From: Callorhinchus milii | Lineage: Eukaryota | Length of the DNA stretch: 64,000 nt | Reading direction: 5' to 3' | NCBI RefSeq assembly: GCF_018977255.1 | Contig: NW_024704743.1 | Location: 114,392,001-114,456,000, forward strand | Shown here: one piece after another, positions 1 through 11,803 of the stretch | Layout of the letters: each line of letters starts with the position of its first letter | Position numbering within the stretch: position 1 is the first letter of the stretch | Translations under genes and position numbers: made by a program | The notes under the pieces: model-generated | The model's input: the letters and a program-made list of their open reading frames with translations, nothing else | Told to the model about the DNA's origin: nothing | Database searches by the model: none

Positions 1-62
1 CCTGAACCCACAAACTTCTGATTCAGAGGCAAGGGAGTGCTGCCAGCTGAGCCAGGCTGATA
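1..62 (-). mobile_element. tRNA-derived 5' head of an old Deu-type SINE (truncated by window edge)
   Basis: Reverse complement resembles the heads of the copies at 34632-35062 and 22203-22512 (GGCTCAGCTGGCAGCACTCCCTTGCCTCTGAATCAGAAG..GGGTTCA). Confidence 0.6.
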
Positions 63-420
63 CCTTCAATTTAGACTTTGTCCCCTTTGTAGTTGAACAA
101 TCTTAGATCCAGATCAGCCTCTGCCAGAGACCTTTCCACAGGTTCTATACAACTGTACAATGACCATAAAGCGAGTCTGTATGCTATGCTTAACATTGAG
201 ACAATGTCTTTTTCTTGGCTCTATCTGTACACCTCTCTGTTTTTTGGCCTGGAATCACCGGGTTCCATACTGGTGCTGCTTTCTTTCATTCAAGTTATTT
301 TTAATTTTTTTACCTGCATTTGACAAAATTCCTGAAAATTACGCGAGTTGTTTCTTTTGTTTTTTCTAAGCAAAATTTTTGTGAAAATTTTTTCTAAACC
401 CAGATTCCTCCATTGCTAAA

Positions 421-612
421 TTCAGGTGGACGATAAAGATTCCCCCATCCTTCCACCCCAGACTCAATCGGAAAAGCGAAAGGGGTGTTTCTCATGGTGT
501 CAAGGGAGGTTGTGTTTTTCACCCACAAAATACACAGTTACTCCACTTTACAGTATATCTTGTGGAACACTCAACAACGTGATAAGGTGGCATATCAAAT
601 GCAAAGATTATT
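421..612 (+). mobile_element. Degenerate Deu-type SINE fragment with L2-like tail
   Basis: TTCAGGTGGACGATAAAGATTCCC core motif, then ...CACAAAATACACAGT..CACTTTACAGT...ATATCAAATGCAAAGATTAT tail shared with other copies. Confidence 0.55.
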
Positions 613-777
613 TGTATATAAATATTTGTATATAAATCAATATATATGGAATAATGTTGATATACAGTAATATATATACAAATTTATAAGTCAGCTTTCA
701 CTTCAGATTTTTCCTCCCGTTCCACCATACTTAAAAACTGTAATAGTTTTAGGACTAAGTTGCATTACCTTACATTT

Positions 778-1106
778 GGAGTCCTGTAGCTCAGTGGTTA
801 GAGCACTCGCTTTGCAAGCGAGAGACCTGAGTTCAATTCCAGGCAGGGTGAAACCTTGGGCAAGTTTCCTTACTCCACACGCCTAATAATAATCCCTCCA
901 AAAAAACAAAACAATAATAAATTGGTCATTTTCAATCCATGACTGTTTGTGGGACATTGCTGTGCGCAATTGGCTGCCGCGTTCGCCCACAAATATACAG
1001 TCAATTCACTTTACAGTGTGTTCTGTGAAGCGCTTTGGGACGTCCTCCCGACGTGAAAAGCGCTATATCAAATGCAAGGATTATTATTATTATTATTATT
1101 ATTATT
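778..1106 (+). mobile_element. Young full-length tRNA-Ala-derived SINE with L2-type 3' tail and (ATT)n end
   Basis: Head GGAGTCCTGTAGCTCAGTGGTTAGAGC (A box), TTTGCAA anticodon-like loop, GAGTTCAATTCC (B box). Nearly identical to the copies at 11804-12122, 36545-36862 and 46053-46370. Confidence 0.95.
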
Positions 1107-1109
1107 GAA

Positions 1110-1250
1110 TATTCCTTCTTCAGAATATTCTGCTTCCCACACATTGCCACATAATCTACAACTGCAGACATGGGTCTTTCAATAGCCTCTTCGAGGTTGT
1201 TTATGAATAAAATACTGAGATCAAGAGAGAGCCCAGGAGTGTCCTCCCAC
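1110..1250 (-). mobile_element. Highly degenerate CR1-like RT fragment
   Basis: Minus-strand translation ILFINNLEEAIERPMS resembles the CR1 LFLIYINDL..GI motif seen intact at 5664-5924. Confidence 0.35.
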
Positions 1251-1689
1251 TGATTCTGTTGGTCATAACTGGCCAACGAACGTTATTTTCTTTCATTTTA
1301 TTGATTTGTTTTCTCATCTACAATTTCCTCTTCTAGTTGAAGAACTGTCATACTTTAGTCACATGTTTCCTCCTTTCAGATACAACAGCTTGCATTTATA
1401 TAGCCGCCCCTCATGTACACAAATGTCTGAATGCTTTACAAGGACACGGTTAGACCGTCGACAAAGGGAGAAGGGGGGGTGGGGGGGGGGGGTGGAGAGG
1501 GCAGCAGATGGGGAGGTGCCCGTAGACAAATACTTATTGACTTCAGTGTGTATTGAATTTCGCTTATGTTAATTATTTTTTGACCAACAGTAACATTATT
1601 CCATATATATTGATTTATATACAAACAGGCCCATAATTTCCAGCAAAATACTCTTGAACCTTATTTAAAAAAAACTAGAACAGCATTAC

Positions 1690-1780
1690 CTATTTTCAAA
1701 CCTTCTGGATTATCCTCGTGTCCACAAAGTCCACAAAACCTTTTGGACACAGTGAGAACTTGTGTGGTTTCCATCTGGTT
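1690..1780 (-). CDS. Candidate internal coding exon (NQMETTQVLTVSKRFCGLCGHEDNPEGLKI-G), unidentified gene
   Basis: Acceptor ttatttgtcattcag and donor G|gtaatg. 91 nt, only the phase-0 frame is open, matching the phase-0 end of exon 40958-41430. Contains a CxxC. Confidence 0.45.
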
Positions 1781-2815
1781 CTGAATGACAAATAACTTGC
1801 ATTTGTTGTGCACCAGGTTCTTTCATCGCACCTTCATATATTTTATACAGAGAAACAATTAATTTACAAACAGTAAACTCTCTTTTGGTCTTTTCCCAGG
1901 AAAAAGAAAGCCCCATATTGTGTACAGAGTTTTCTCTTCCTGATCATATATCAATGTATTCCTACAGATGCCTGTGTATCTGCTCAGATCTGCTCAATAC
2001 TCTACATGGACTCCATCTAATTCACTTGCAGACTTTTCTAGCGAAGCACATGGGTGCCTTCAGGAAGCTTCTAAACTGTATTGAGTTCTCCATTCAACAC
2101 AAACTACAGTATTCTTCAGTTTCACAGTAATATACTAGGGTATCAATCTTACCGCTAACTAACATGTTACTGACCTCTGTTTAATCCATGGGTTTGAAAA
2201 CATACCCACATAATTGGTTATTTCTCTGAACGTCCCTTGCGATATGCGCTCATTCCAGACTCCCTTTTAGTTTGCAGCTTTTCGGAGTTCTTGAACAACT
2301 TGAGGCAACTTTGCGGATGTCTTTGCACAAGCAGTTCTTTTTTTTGGTAGAAATGCTGTCTCAGCAGCTTTTGAACCTTTTTGGTTCGACACAGGGTTCA
2401 CAGCTCAAATACCAGACGTTCATTAAAGACATTCAATTGATAGAGTGAGTGATGTGGTAGAAGGAAGAGTTCAGACTGAGGACTGAAGCAATGCATCAAC
2501 AGATAATGACTACATGTTTTACTGCAAGAGACTTTTCACTCGCACACTATACAAATCTTAATTGCAGAAAGCACTGTTATTTTCTTGTAGGATTGTGAAT
2601 GAGTACGTTGGAGTTTAGGGTTGGACAAAAGCCAGCCCATTTATGGGAAGTGTTGTGTAAAATTTAATCTAGAATTGTGCTTGAAAAGTGGGGTGGAAAG
2701 AACTTTGATCGCTCTTCAACAATAATCTGAAGATACTACAAAATACATTAATGAAGAAATAACAATTAATTTGATTCAAGATAAACTACACCACAATTTG
2801 CATTATATACCAAAT

Positions 2816-3024
2816 TCCCTCCAAAAAACCAAAAACAATAATAAATTGGTCATTTTCAATCCACGACTGTTTGTGGGACATTGCTGTGCACAATTGGCTG
2901 CCGCGTTCGCCCACAAATATACAGTCAATTCACTTTACAGTGTGTTCTGTGAAGTGCTTTGGGACGTCGTCCTGACGTGAAAAGCGCTATATCAAATGCA
3001 AGGATTATTATTATTATTATTATT
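2816..3024 (+). mobile_element. 5'-truncated copy of the young tRNA-Ala SINE
   Basis: Near-identical to the 3' two-thirds of 778-1106; ends in (ATT)n. Confidence 0.9.
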
Positions 3025-4799
3025 AATTCATGTAGGATTAATGTCTCAAAGTACTTCGACAGAGTGGGAGCCCGAATAGGGTAGGATATAATGGGGTTAG
3101 AGACTGATGTCCAAGGAAGTGGATTTTTAAAAGGGGGTTATTATTTAATAGGGGATAGAGAAAGAGGGTGTGAACTGGAGATGTTTTTTAGGGGAGAGCA
3201 GGGTCAAAGTGACTGAAAGCTCATTCATCAATCTTGGGGCAGGGTGGAAAGGGATGGTGTACAGAGTGGAGTGAGTGGATTTGTAATAATTTTTTTTCAT
3301 TTTGCGCAGACAAGGGGAAAAGAACCTGTGAAGGATTGGAAAGCTAAGTAATTCTCATAGCGATCATCGCAGTCTACAAGTGTGAAGAGTAATTTCCAGT
3401 TAGAGAAAGCCAAAATGCCTACAAGTAATGCGGAACAAAATGGCGCATTATAAACACAAAATCAATACAGTTTCTTTAAGTTGCAAGAGCTCCTGAAGTG
3501 TGAAGGAAATACAATAATGGTTCATGTCAGATGCTTAGGTAGAAAATAGACTGAGGAGAGAAAACAAAGTTGCTTGTCAGAGTGCTCAATGATGAAAACA
3601 GGCATGAACGTCAGTCATTTGAGGTTTAAGCTCCACCTCGTTCTGCACCTCTCAGGTACGTATTACGTCGGAGGCAGAAATGTTAACTGGGTACTACTAT
3701 TTTGCACAAATGAACAAGAGACTCAAGGAATAAAGTGTTCAGTGAATCCCATTGGACCAGGTAACATTATGCATTAAGATGGATTGAGTTGTGAACCATC
3801 CAAGAGAAAATACAGGTTTAGTGGGTCTTAATGGCCATTTGGGGTTCTAAACATGTCTGATTAAATGTTTGATGTAGGAGGAGAATGCACTCTGAAAGCA
3901 TCATAAATATTTCCTAATGAAGCTTTGTATTGTAAATATATATACCAGGATAAATTTAGGCCAAATAAATTGGACTGATAGCAGTCAGTTAATTTACTAT
4001 TACTAATTGTTATACCTAACACCCCAATGTTATGTCTAACACACACTGCGTTCATCAGGGATCTGTCATTTACTACAGCTCCAGCCTTCCCTCAGGGGGA
4101 AAAACATAATAATCTCAAGTATGCTAGACTGAAGAAAATGATGATTGTCTTTCGTGTCTTTCCTTTTTTGATCAAATTTAAATTTGCATAATTCCAGAAG
4201 CGACCTGTTATTCGAAACAGATACTGGTTCAGTTCTTAAAAATAAAATCAAACAATTTAAAGGGTACAACAACCTTATATCAAAGCACTGGCAGAAAATG
4301 TTTCAGTACCCGAAGTAACCTGCGGCCAACATTACAGTACAGCAGATTATTGCAGAGGTGGGCACATGCCAGATACGTTTTAAAAAGGATTATAACTTGG
4401 GGATAAAATGTGCTGCGGTGGAAAGTTATGAAGCCTCAGATATCTCATGGTCCTAGCCTTAAAATCTGAGATTGAATAAAAAAATTCTGATCAGTCTTAA
4501 TTTGGAGGCTGTTTTCTCCAGGTCATTAAGACATGCTATTAAGAACAATGGCGTTATGATTAAATTTAAGGAATGAACATGTTAATTTCTAAAATTCTAC
4601 TCAATCGTATAGTTTTACAACATTGGACCAAAGACTAATGAGACAACAACAACAACAACAACAAGATTCCATTTATAAAGCAAGATATTTTAAAGACAAG
4701 ATATTTCAGGACCCTGAGCCGCAAAATGTGGGATTTGTTTTTCCCCAGTCATTCTACATAACTTGGCTGCCAGCCCCCAAACAGTCTCACCTCTCGACA

Positions 4800-4945
4800 A
4801 GCCTTTCAAACACAGATTAGATAGTTTTCTTTTAGGAAATAACGGGATATAGTACATTGGTAATTTGGGACATATGTGCATGTGACTACCAGGAAGTGGA
4901 AAGCAAACTAGATGGATCTTGGTCTTTTTTCATCTAGCATTTCTT
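4800..4945 (+). mobile_element. Old CR1 3' end fragment, tail-to-tail with the adjacent CR1
   Basis: GCAAACTAGATGGATCTTGGTCTTTTTTCATCTAGCATTTCTTAT resembles the reverse-oriented ends at 23870-23930 and 45975-46035. Confidence 0.5.
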
Positions 4946-6325
4946 ATCATAGAATAATAGAATCATAGAATTATACAGCACAGAAGGCGGCTATTCGGCC
5001 CGTCGTGTCTGTGCCATGACACAAAGAGCTATCCAATTCAATCCCCATAGCCCTGTAAACTTGTCCTCCCCGAACAATCATCTACTTCTCTCTTAAAAGT
5101 TGTAATCAAATTGGCTTCCACTACCCTTTCAGGCAATGCATTCCAGATCTGAACAACTCGCTGTGTGAAAAAAATTCTCCTCACCTCCACTGTTTCATTT
5201 AACAACTATTTTAAATTGGTGTCCTCTGGTTACTGACCCACCCGCCAGTGGAAATAGTTTCTCCTTGTTCACCTTATCGAATCCCCTCATAACTGGGAAA
5301 ACTTTTATTAAGTCTCATCTTAAGCTTCTCTGCTCCAAGGAGAATAATCCTAGCTTCTCTAGACTCTCCTGATAACTGAAGTCCCTCATTCCTGGTACCA
5401 TCCTGGTAAATCTCCTTTGCACCCTCTCCAATGCCTTAACATCCTTCCTAAAATGTGGGGCCCAGAATTGAACACAGTACTGTAGCTGAACCCTAACCAC
5501 TGTTTTATAAAGGTTCATCATAACTTCCTAACTTTTATTTCTATGCCCCTATTTATAAAGCCTAGTGTCCCGTATGCTTTTTAAATAGCTTCATCTACCT
5601 GTCCTGCCATCTTCAAATATTTACTTATATGAACCCCCAGGTCTCTCTGTTCCTTCACCCTCTTTAAGACTGTACCATCAGCTTATGTTGCCTCTCCTCA
5701 TTCTTCCTCCCAAAAAGTATCACTTTGCATTTCTCCACATTAAACTTCACCTGCCATGTGTCTGCCCATTTTACCAGTATGTCTATGTCCATTTGCAGTC
5801 TGCTACTATCCTCCTCACTGTTTACTACTTTTCCTAGTTTAGTATCATCTGCAAACTTGGAAATTATACTCGCTATATCCAAGTCCAGGTCATTTATATA
5901 GATCAAAAACAGCAGTGGTCCCAATACTGACCCCTGGGGTTACCACACTTCCCTCCAGTCAGAAAAACAACCATTCACCATCACTCTGCTTTCTGTCTCT
6001 CAGACAGTTCTATATCCATGCTGCCACTGTCCCTTTAATACCATGGGTTTCTATTTTGCTTACAAACCTTTTATGTGGCACTTTATCAAATGCCTTTTGA
6101 AAATCCATATAAACTACTTCAACTGCACTACCTTTATCCACTCTCCGTTACTTCATCAAAAAACTCTATCAGGTTTGTTGGACATGATTTGCCTTGAGCA
6201 AATCCATGTTGGCTTTCCTTTATTAACCTTATTTTTCTAAGTGAAAATGTATTTTGTCCTGGATTACAGTCTCTAGAAGTTTCCTCACTACTGACGTTAG
6301 GTTGACTGGCCTGTAGTTCCTGTAG
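4946..6325 (-). mobile_element. CR1 LINE, disrupted 3' part of ORF2 (RT) plus 3' UTR
   Basis: Translations ESQHGFAQGKSCPTNLIEFFDEVT, GPLLFLIYINDLD..ISKFADDTKLG, LYKTVVRVQLQYCVQFWAPHFRKDVKALERVQRRFTRM. (ATTCTATG)-type terminal repeat near 4946-4970. Confidence 0.95.
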
Positions 6326-6369
6326 CCTGCAGCTCACCAATCTTATTTGTCACATTCCATACATTTACG

Positions 6370-7262
6370 CACATGCACTCCAATACTGACTTAGTCTGTT
6401 TTGCATTTCTCCCCCATCTAATCCCTCCTATTTCTGGATTACTCCTCTCCCTCGTGCCCTCTCCCTACCATGCCGGTCACCCACTCACTCTCCTTCTGAA
6501 CCCTCAGTGGCCGTGGGGTGACTACCTCCTGAACTCTTCAGCCTCCCGTATGCTATGTAGTGACACCAGCCTCTTTCCGAGCTCAGTAACCCTGAGCTCA
6601 AGCTCAAGCAGTCAGAGGTACTTCATACACACGTTTGTTAAGGGCACACAAAGCCTGAAGTTCCCACATGGCACACATTGTGCATGCACCTGGTCTCAGG
6701 TGCCCTCCCATATTCCCAGATGTGTTTTATATTGTTTTAATATAAATATTATATATTTTATAATTATGCACCTTTTCCCCCCTCTACACCAACAACAACA
6801 AAAAAATTACATTTGTAAAGCGCCTTTCATGTCAGGAGGGCATCCCAAGGCACTGGACAAACAGCATCACCAAATTCCCACTCTCACCAAATTCCTTAAC
6901 AGAATTCTCACTCTGTTCCATCTTACTCAATTCCCTGCTCACACTGCTGGGCTCTCTACTTAAGTGAGGCTCTCGCAAGTCTTCTTTATATAGGACTCAA
7001 ACAAAAGCACCCAGTTTCGACTGGTCAGCAGATTTTTTAATCTCCAACATCTGGCCTATGATTCATTGCTAATTGACTTGTTCGCCTGCTTACATATAAG
7101 GTTGCCTCTAACTCAAGATGGATTTCTTCACTCTTCTGCTGAAGGAAAGAGGTCTCTCTTTCTCTGTGGTATCTCTCTTGCTGAAGAATTTCCACTCTCA
7201 CCAAATTCCTTAACATAATTCTCACTCTGTCCTACCTCACGCTGGGCTCTCTGCTCAAGTTA
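6370..7262 (-). mobile_element. Probable CR1 5' UTR and ORF1 remnant belonging to the 4946-6325 element
   Basis: Minus strand 6510-6700 gives MWELQ..VCMKYL*LLELELRVTELGKRLVSLHSIREAEE, resembling the zinc-finger/leucine-zipper start of CR1 ORF1. Duplicated purine-rich unit at 6871-6965 and 7187-7262. Confidence 0.55.
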
Positions 7263-7519
7263 TGTTCTTACAAAACTACCTTAACCATGACAAAATGTTT
7301 AATATTTATCATTCAGAAAAGTGTAGTGGTCATAGTTATTTCGGAATCTTTGTCGTCCGATTTTTAAAAAATAAAATGGTTAATGGTGGGCTTCACTGGG
7401 AGGTTCATTGAGAGGAAATGACAGTAAAATGGTCCAACTGGAATCTAATAAGCTAAAATTATCACCATCTATAAATAAGTCCAGATTCAATAAGTGAAAT
7501 AGGTCATGAATTTCAGGAG

Positions 7520-7715
7520 CAAAAAAAGCAATGCTGAAAATAAACAACAGGTCAATGAGCAAGAGAAATGTAGGCTAACATTTCAGGAGAGACACTGCAA
7601 AGACACCTGAGGAGACACCTCAAAAGACCTAGAGAAACCAGTATCTCTTTCAGATGTTTGACCTACTGTGCAGCTTAGATACTTTATTAAGTTCCAGCCT
7701 TTACCATTTTTATTT
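7520..7715. repeat. Degenerate palindromic interspersed element of a type common in shark genomes
   Basis: AATGCTGAAAATAAACAACAGGTCA...AACATTTCAGG...CAGATGTTTGACCT...TTCCAGC with partial self-complementarity. Family assignment is from memory. Confidence 0.35.
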
Positions 7716-9293
7716 CTTTAATTAAACAAACTTCAACATCTGTGCATTTCAACTCCAAAGACCTGGTGATAAAAAAATGAAATTAAACTTCCCGCAAATT
7801 GAATGTCCACAAAGTAAAAGGGGGAACACTTTCATTAACTTTACACCATTTGACACTGTGCCAAATCCCAATTGAAACCTTGGGCTCATTTTCCTTTGAT
7901 TCACTTAAGAAGGCCAGGAATAAAAATATAAAAAAAAACTCAAAATATTTCACGCACTTATTTGTTTTTAAGAGCTGACACAATATCACTGCACATGGTA
8001 TCACTCAGGCTGCCACATGTGGCACTCATTTGCACATTCTCTGTGGTTATTGCTTGATCACAGATGTGGCGTAGGAAATATATACATACAATTGGCAAAA
8101 GGTGCAGATTGGTAATTCATTGCAGCCATCTGCGATCTCACATTGATAAATATATACAGCAAAAGTATGATGGATAAATAAAAGGCGTATCCACATACAC
8201 TCCTACATGCATTTTTATCTGTAAAAAATGGCCTTTAATTGATCCATGCTGTGGTATGTCAGACATGGTGGAATGCAGCAAGTGTTCAACATTTAACTAA
8301 GGCAAGAAAGCTTATTTTTCCCTGCAAAAAGATGGGCTACAAGCAATTCTTTTTAAAATTATGTGTGATGTTCCATCAGAAGCCTTCGCCTTCAACCATA
8401 GTTGTTCAAGAACTGACAAACTGTACAATCACAATTTTGTGCAGAGCTGTAAGACATTTTTGCTACCTTCTTTAAATAGTGGACAGCAAATTGTAGTAAA
8501 TTGCAAAAGAAAGTAAGGAGTCACAGGGTAATTCAAGATTAGATTTAAGTTAAGAAAATAGTTTTTGGTCAACCATATGTGCAGTTGCTAAAAGCCTACT
8601 TTTTTTAAAAAAAAACAAAATCAGCCAGTTATTAAAAAATAATCCAAGCATTTGATAGAACGTCTTTCATGTCAGGAAGACATCTCGAAGCATTTCATAG
8701 GATTAAGGATAGTTATCGTACAGGACTAAGTTACTCCTTAGCACTCCTTACTCCTTCTAATGGTTTCTACAGAGATGTTTTACAACAAGGCTGTAAACAA
8801 GCAATAGGTTAGGTACTGATCAAGTTACAAGCGGCCCCGAGTACATGATCACACAGTGTAATATGATGTGAAAATTAACGGTGTACATTAGGTTGGGGGT
8901 CAAAATTGCAGTATTCCTAAACCTGATCAGTTTTGTAGTTTCATTCAGTTCCTTAGTTGCAGTGGGGATATTTTAGACACTCTTGAGTAAAAACTCTTCT
9001 GAATCCTGGGTTTGGAATTGAACATCCCTGTAAATGCAGGAGAATGTCATCTCCCCAGGTGGCTCACAGTTGGCCATTATCTTTATTTTTAATTTTAGTG
9101 AACACATTTTTTGATTCCCAGTGGTTAGAGTGTGAACTTCAAAACGTTACTTTCATTCTTATTTTTAGACCAAATCTGTCAAAGAGGCACAAAATCCACA
9201 GTTTCTGTAGCCCGATGAGAGACTTTCCTGATCCCGCACAGATCGATTTACTTCTTCAGACTTTTGTTGGAAGGGTCTCAAGAAGCAACTTAC

Positions 9294-9470
9294 AGACCAT
9301 GACCGAGCTTAAACGGCTGAGGTTTGTTAACAGTTACTGCTCGACAGTCAAGCTGTGATAGTTCAGACCTATCCCCGGGAATGTGATGACAGATCATGTC
9401 TCCTGGAGTGCCTGAGCAGAGGAGAGATGGCTAGAGTCTGAAAGTCTGCAGACCATCTCTGCCAGAAACA
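9294..9470 (-). other. Candidate exon, probably non-coding or an alternative 5' exon
   Basis: Strong acceptor ttttgttctccttgttcctcag and consensus donor gtaagt. 177 nt of non-repetitive sequence; all three frames read from the acceptor hit stops. Confidence 0.45.
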
Positions 9471-10454
9471 CTGAGGAACAAGGAGAACAAAAGTTATAAA
9501 CTCCCCTCTCACTTTCCACAAGACCTGCGGAATTAGTGAATAGGCAGTAAAGCATATATGATATCAACGTAGTCAAAATAAAACATACATGGTGTCAGGA
9601 CAAAAACCCGAAGGCGATTCTCCAGTGAGAATTCTGAGTACCCAATTATGAAAGGTTTAGGTTTGCCTCCCAAGAGACCCAACTGATGAGGTTGAATCTG
9701 TTTATAGCTGTAGACATTTTGCCAGGTGCTGCCTGGCTATAATGGTGATAATTCCTGGAGATATTTAACTTGGTGGAGTCAAAGATCTCCACTTAAGCTC
9801 AATAGTTATTTAATACTTTGGATGCTTTTCTTAAACCCGTAAATTTACCAACCTTGGCAGTAAAAACCCATCATTCCAAGGTCAGAAAATTTCGCTGATC
9901 AAATTAATATCTTCACCCTTCCCATGATAAGGAATACAAGATTGCTTTTTTTAAAAAAAGGCTATGATTACCCATTTTACCAAGAAGTTATTCTCACTCT
10001 TGTCCAGATCAGTTTCTTCCACTTTCCCTTGGATGTAGGCACTAATTTATGTCCCAGGGAAAATACCAGGATGAAATACAGAAATGTCCGAGGGTAAAAT
10101 ATTTTAAAGAGGTTTAGTTGATGCTATCATTGTCCATCAAATGAACATAGAAGTCATAAAAGCTGACCAGCATGAAATTACGAGCAACAGTCATAATCAC
10201 AACAGCTTGTGAATCTGTTGGAATTCTGTGAATATCCAGTGGATGTAAATATTTGAGTTTTTAGAAGACATCGGTTATGGTTCCACCTGCAAAGGTTTTT
10301 AAAAGAAGATAAATATGCATGAAGTGAACAAGTTAACACTAGGTAATAAAAATCCTTGTTACAACTATGGCAGTTCTTAGGGATAAGCTTGGCTTCTTCT
10401 CACTGCTTATATTATTTTCATATTGTGAATAACACACTTGACAGCACCTCTACA

Positions 10455-10895
10455 ACAACAACTTCGATTTATATAGCGCCCTCCACGCTGGACTGCGTCT
10501 CAGAGTGCTTCACAATAATGGATCCCGGGGCTGAGCCAGGGAGAACAGGAAGAAGGTGACCAAAGGTGCGGTCCGAAAAGAAAGGTCTTTAGCCAAGACC
10601 TGAAAATAGGAAGAGAGGGGGCGAGGCAAAGGGAGTGAGGAAGAGAGTTCCAGAGCCTTGGGGGTAGTGGCTGAAGGCACGGCTGTTGATGGTGAAGCGG
10701 AGGATTCGGGGGATAAGGAAGAGGCCAGACCCGGTGGAGCAAAGGCAACGGGCACTGTTGTGAGGAGAGGAGGTCAGAGAGGTAGGAGGGTGCAGAGGAG
10801 TGGAGGGATTTGAAGACAAGAGTGAAGATCTGGAAGTTGATCCTCTCTGGAACAGGCAAACAGTGCAGTCTTGCAAGGACAGGGGTAATTGGGAA
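10455..10895 (-). mobile_element. L2 LINE 3' fragment
   Basis: [30 protein letters not shown]...RLWNSLP...SWLKTFLF; tail ...GGCGCTATATAAATCGAAGTTGTTG. Confidence 0.9.
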
Positions 10896-10934
10896 GTGGA
10901 GTTTGATACTCTAGTAAGGTTATCAGATATTCAT

Positions 10935-11698
10935 GTAATATAAGCTAGATGGTACAATCTTAAAGGGGGTGAAGGAACAGAGAGACCTGGGGGGGGTTCA
11001 TATAAGTAAATCTTTGAAGGTGGCAGGACAGGTAGATAAAGCTGTTAAAAAAGCATACAGAATACTAGGCTTTATAAATAGGAGCATAGAATACAAAAAT
11101 CAGGAAGTTATTATGAACCTTTATAAAACACTGGCTAGGCCTCAGCTAGAGACTGTGTTCAGTTCTGGGCACCACACTTTAGGAAGGATGTCAAGATATT
11201 GGAGAGGGTGCAAAGTATATTTACCAGGAAGGTACCAGGAATGATAACTTCAGTTATCAGGAAAGGCTAGAGACGTTAGGATTATTCTCCTTGGAGCAGA
11301 GAAGGTTAAGAGGAGACTTAATAGAAGTTTTCAAAATTATGAGGGGACTCGATAAGGTGAACAAGGATAAATTATTTCCACTGAGGGTTAGTCGATAACC
11401 TGAGGACACCGAATTAAAATAGTTGTTAAAAGAAACAGAGGGGAGTGAGAAGAATTTTTTTCACACGGTGAGTTGTTCGGATCTGGAATGCATTGCATGA
11501 AAGGGTGGTGGAAGCTGATTCAATAACAACTTTTAAGGAAGAACTAGATAATTATTTGGGGAGGACAAGTTTGTAGGGCTATGGGGAGAGAGCGGAGCAG
11601 TAGGATTGAATTGGATAGTTCTTTTCAAAGAGCCAGCACAGACACGATGGGCCGAATGGGCTCCTTCTGTGCTGTATAATTATATGATTCTATGATTC
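10935..11698 (+). mobile_element. CR1 LINE 3' fragment (same family as 4946-6325)
   Basis: EQRDLG..SLKVAGQVDKAVKKAYRILGFINRSIEYKNQEVIMNLYKTLARPQLE; ends ATGATTCTATGATTCT. Confidence 0.95.
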
Positions 11699-11803
11699 TG
11701 GTGATATAAAGGTCATCCCAATGCTGTATCCTGGTGCTCAAACCTCCTGGACATGTTCCATCATGTTGATGGCTTATGAGCAAATATTAATTTCTGTGAA
11801 TAC

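Noticed and set aside
778..850. tRNA-Ala(TGC) gene
   Set aside because: A and B boxes are present, but the sequence continues into a SINE body repeated several times in the window and lacks a proper acceptor stem and terminator.
1690..1780. Naming the gene PHF6, PHF7, PHF11, G2E3 or DLGAP2
   Set aside because: A single CxxC and a few matching residues are insufficient, so the gene symbol is left empty.
6373..6963. 196-aa plus-strand ORF
   Set aside because: Antisense to a CR1 remnant and spans an L2 tail; chance open frame.
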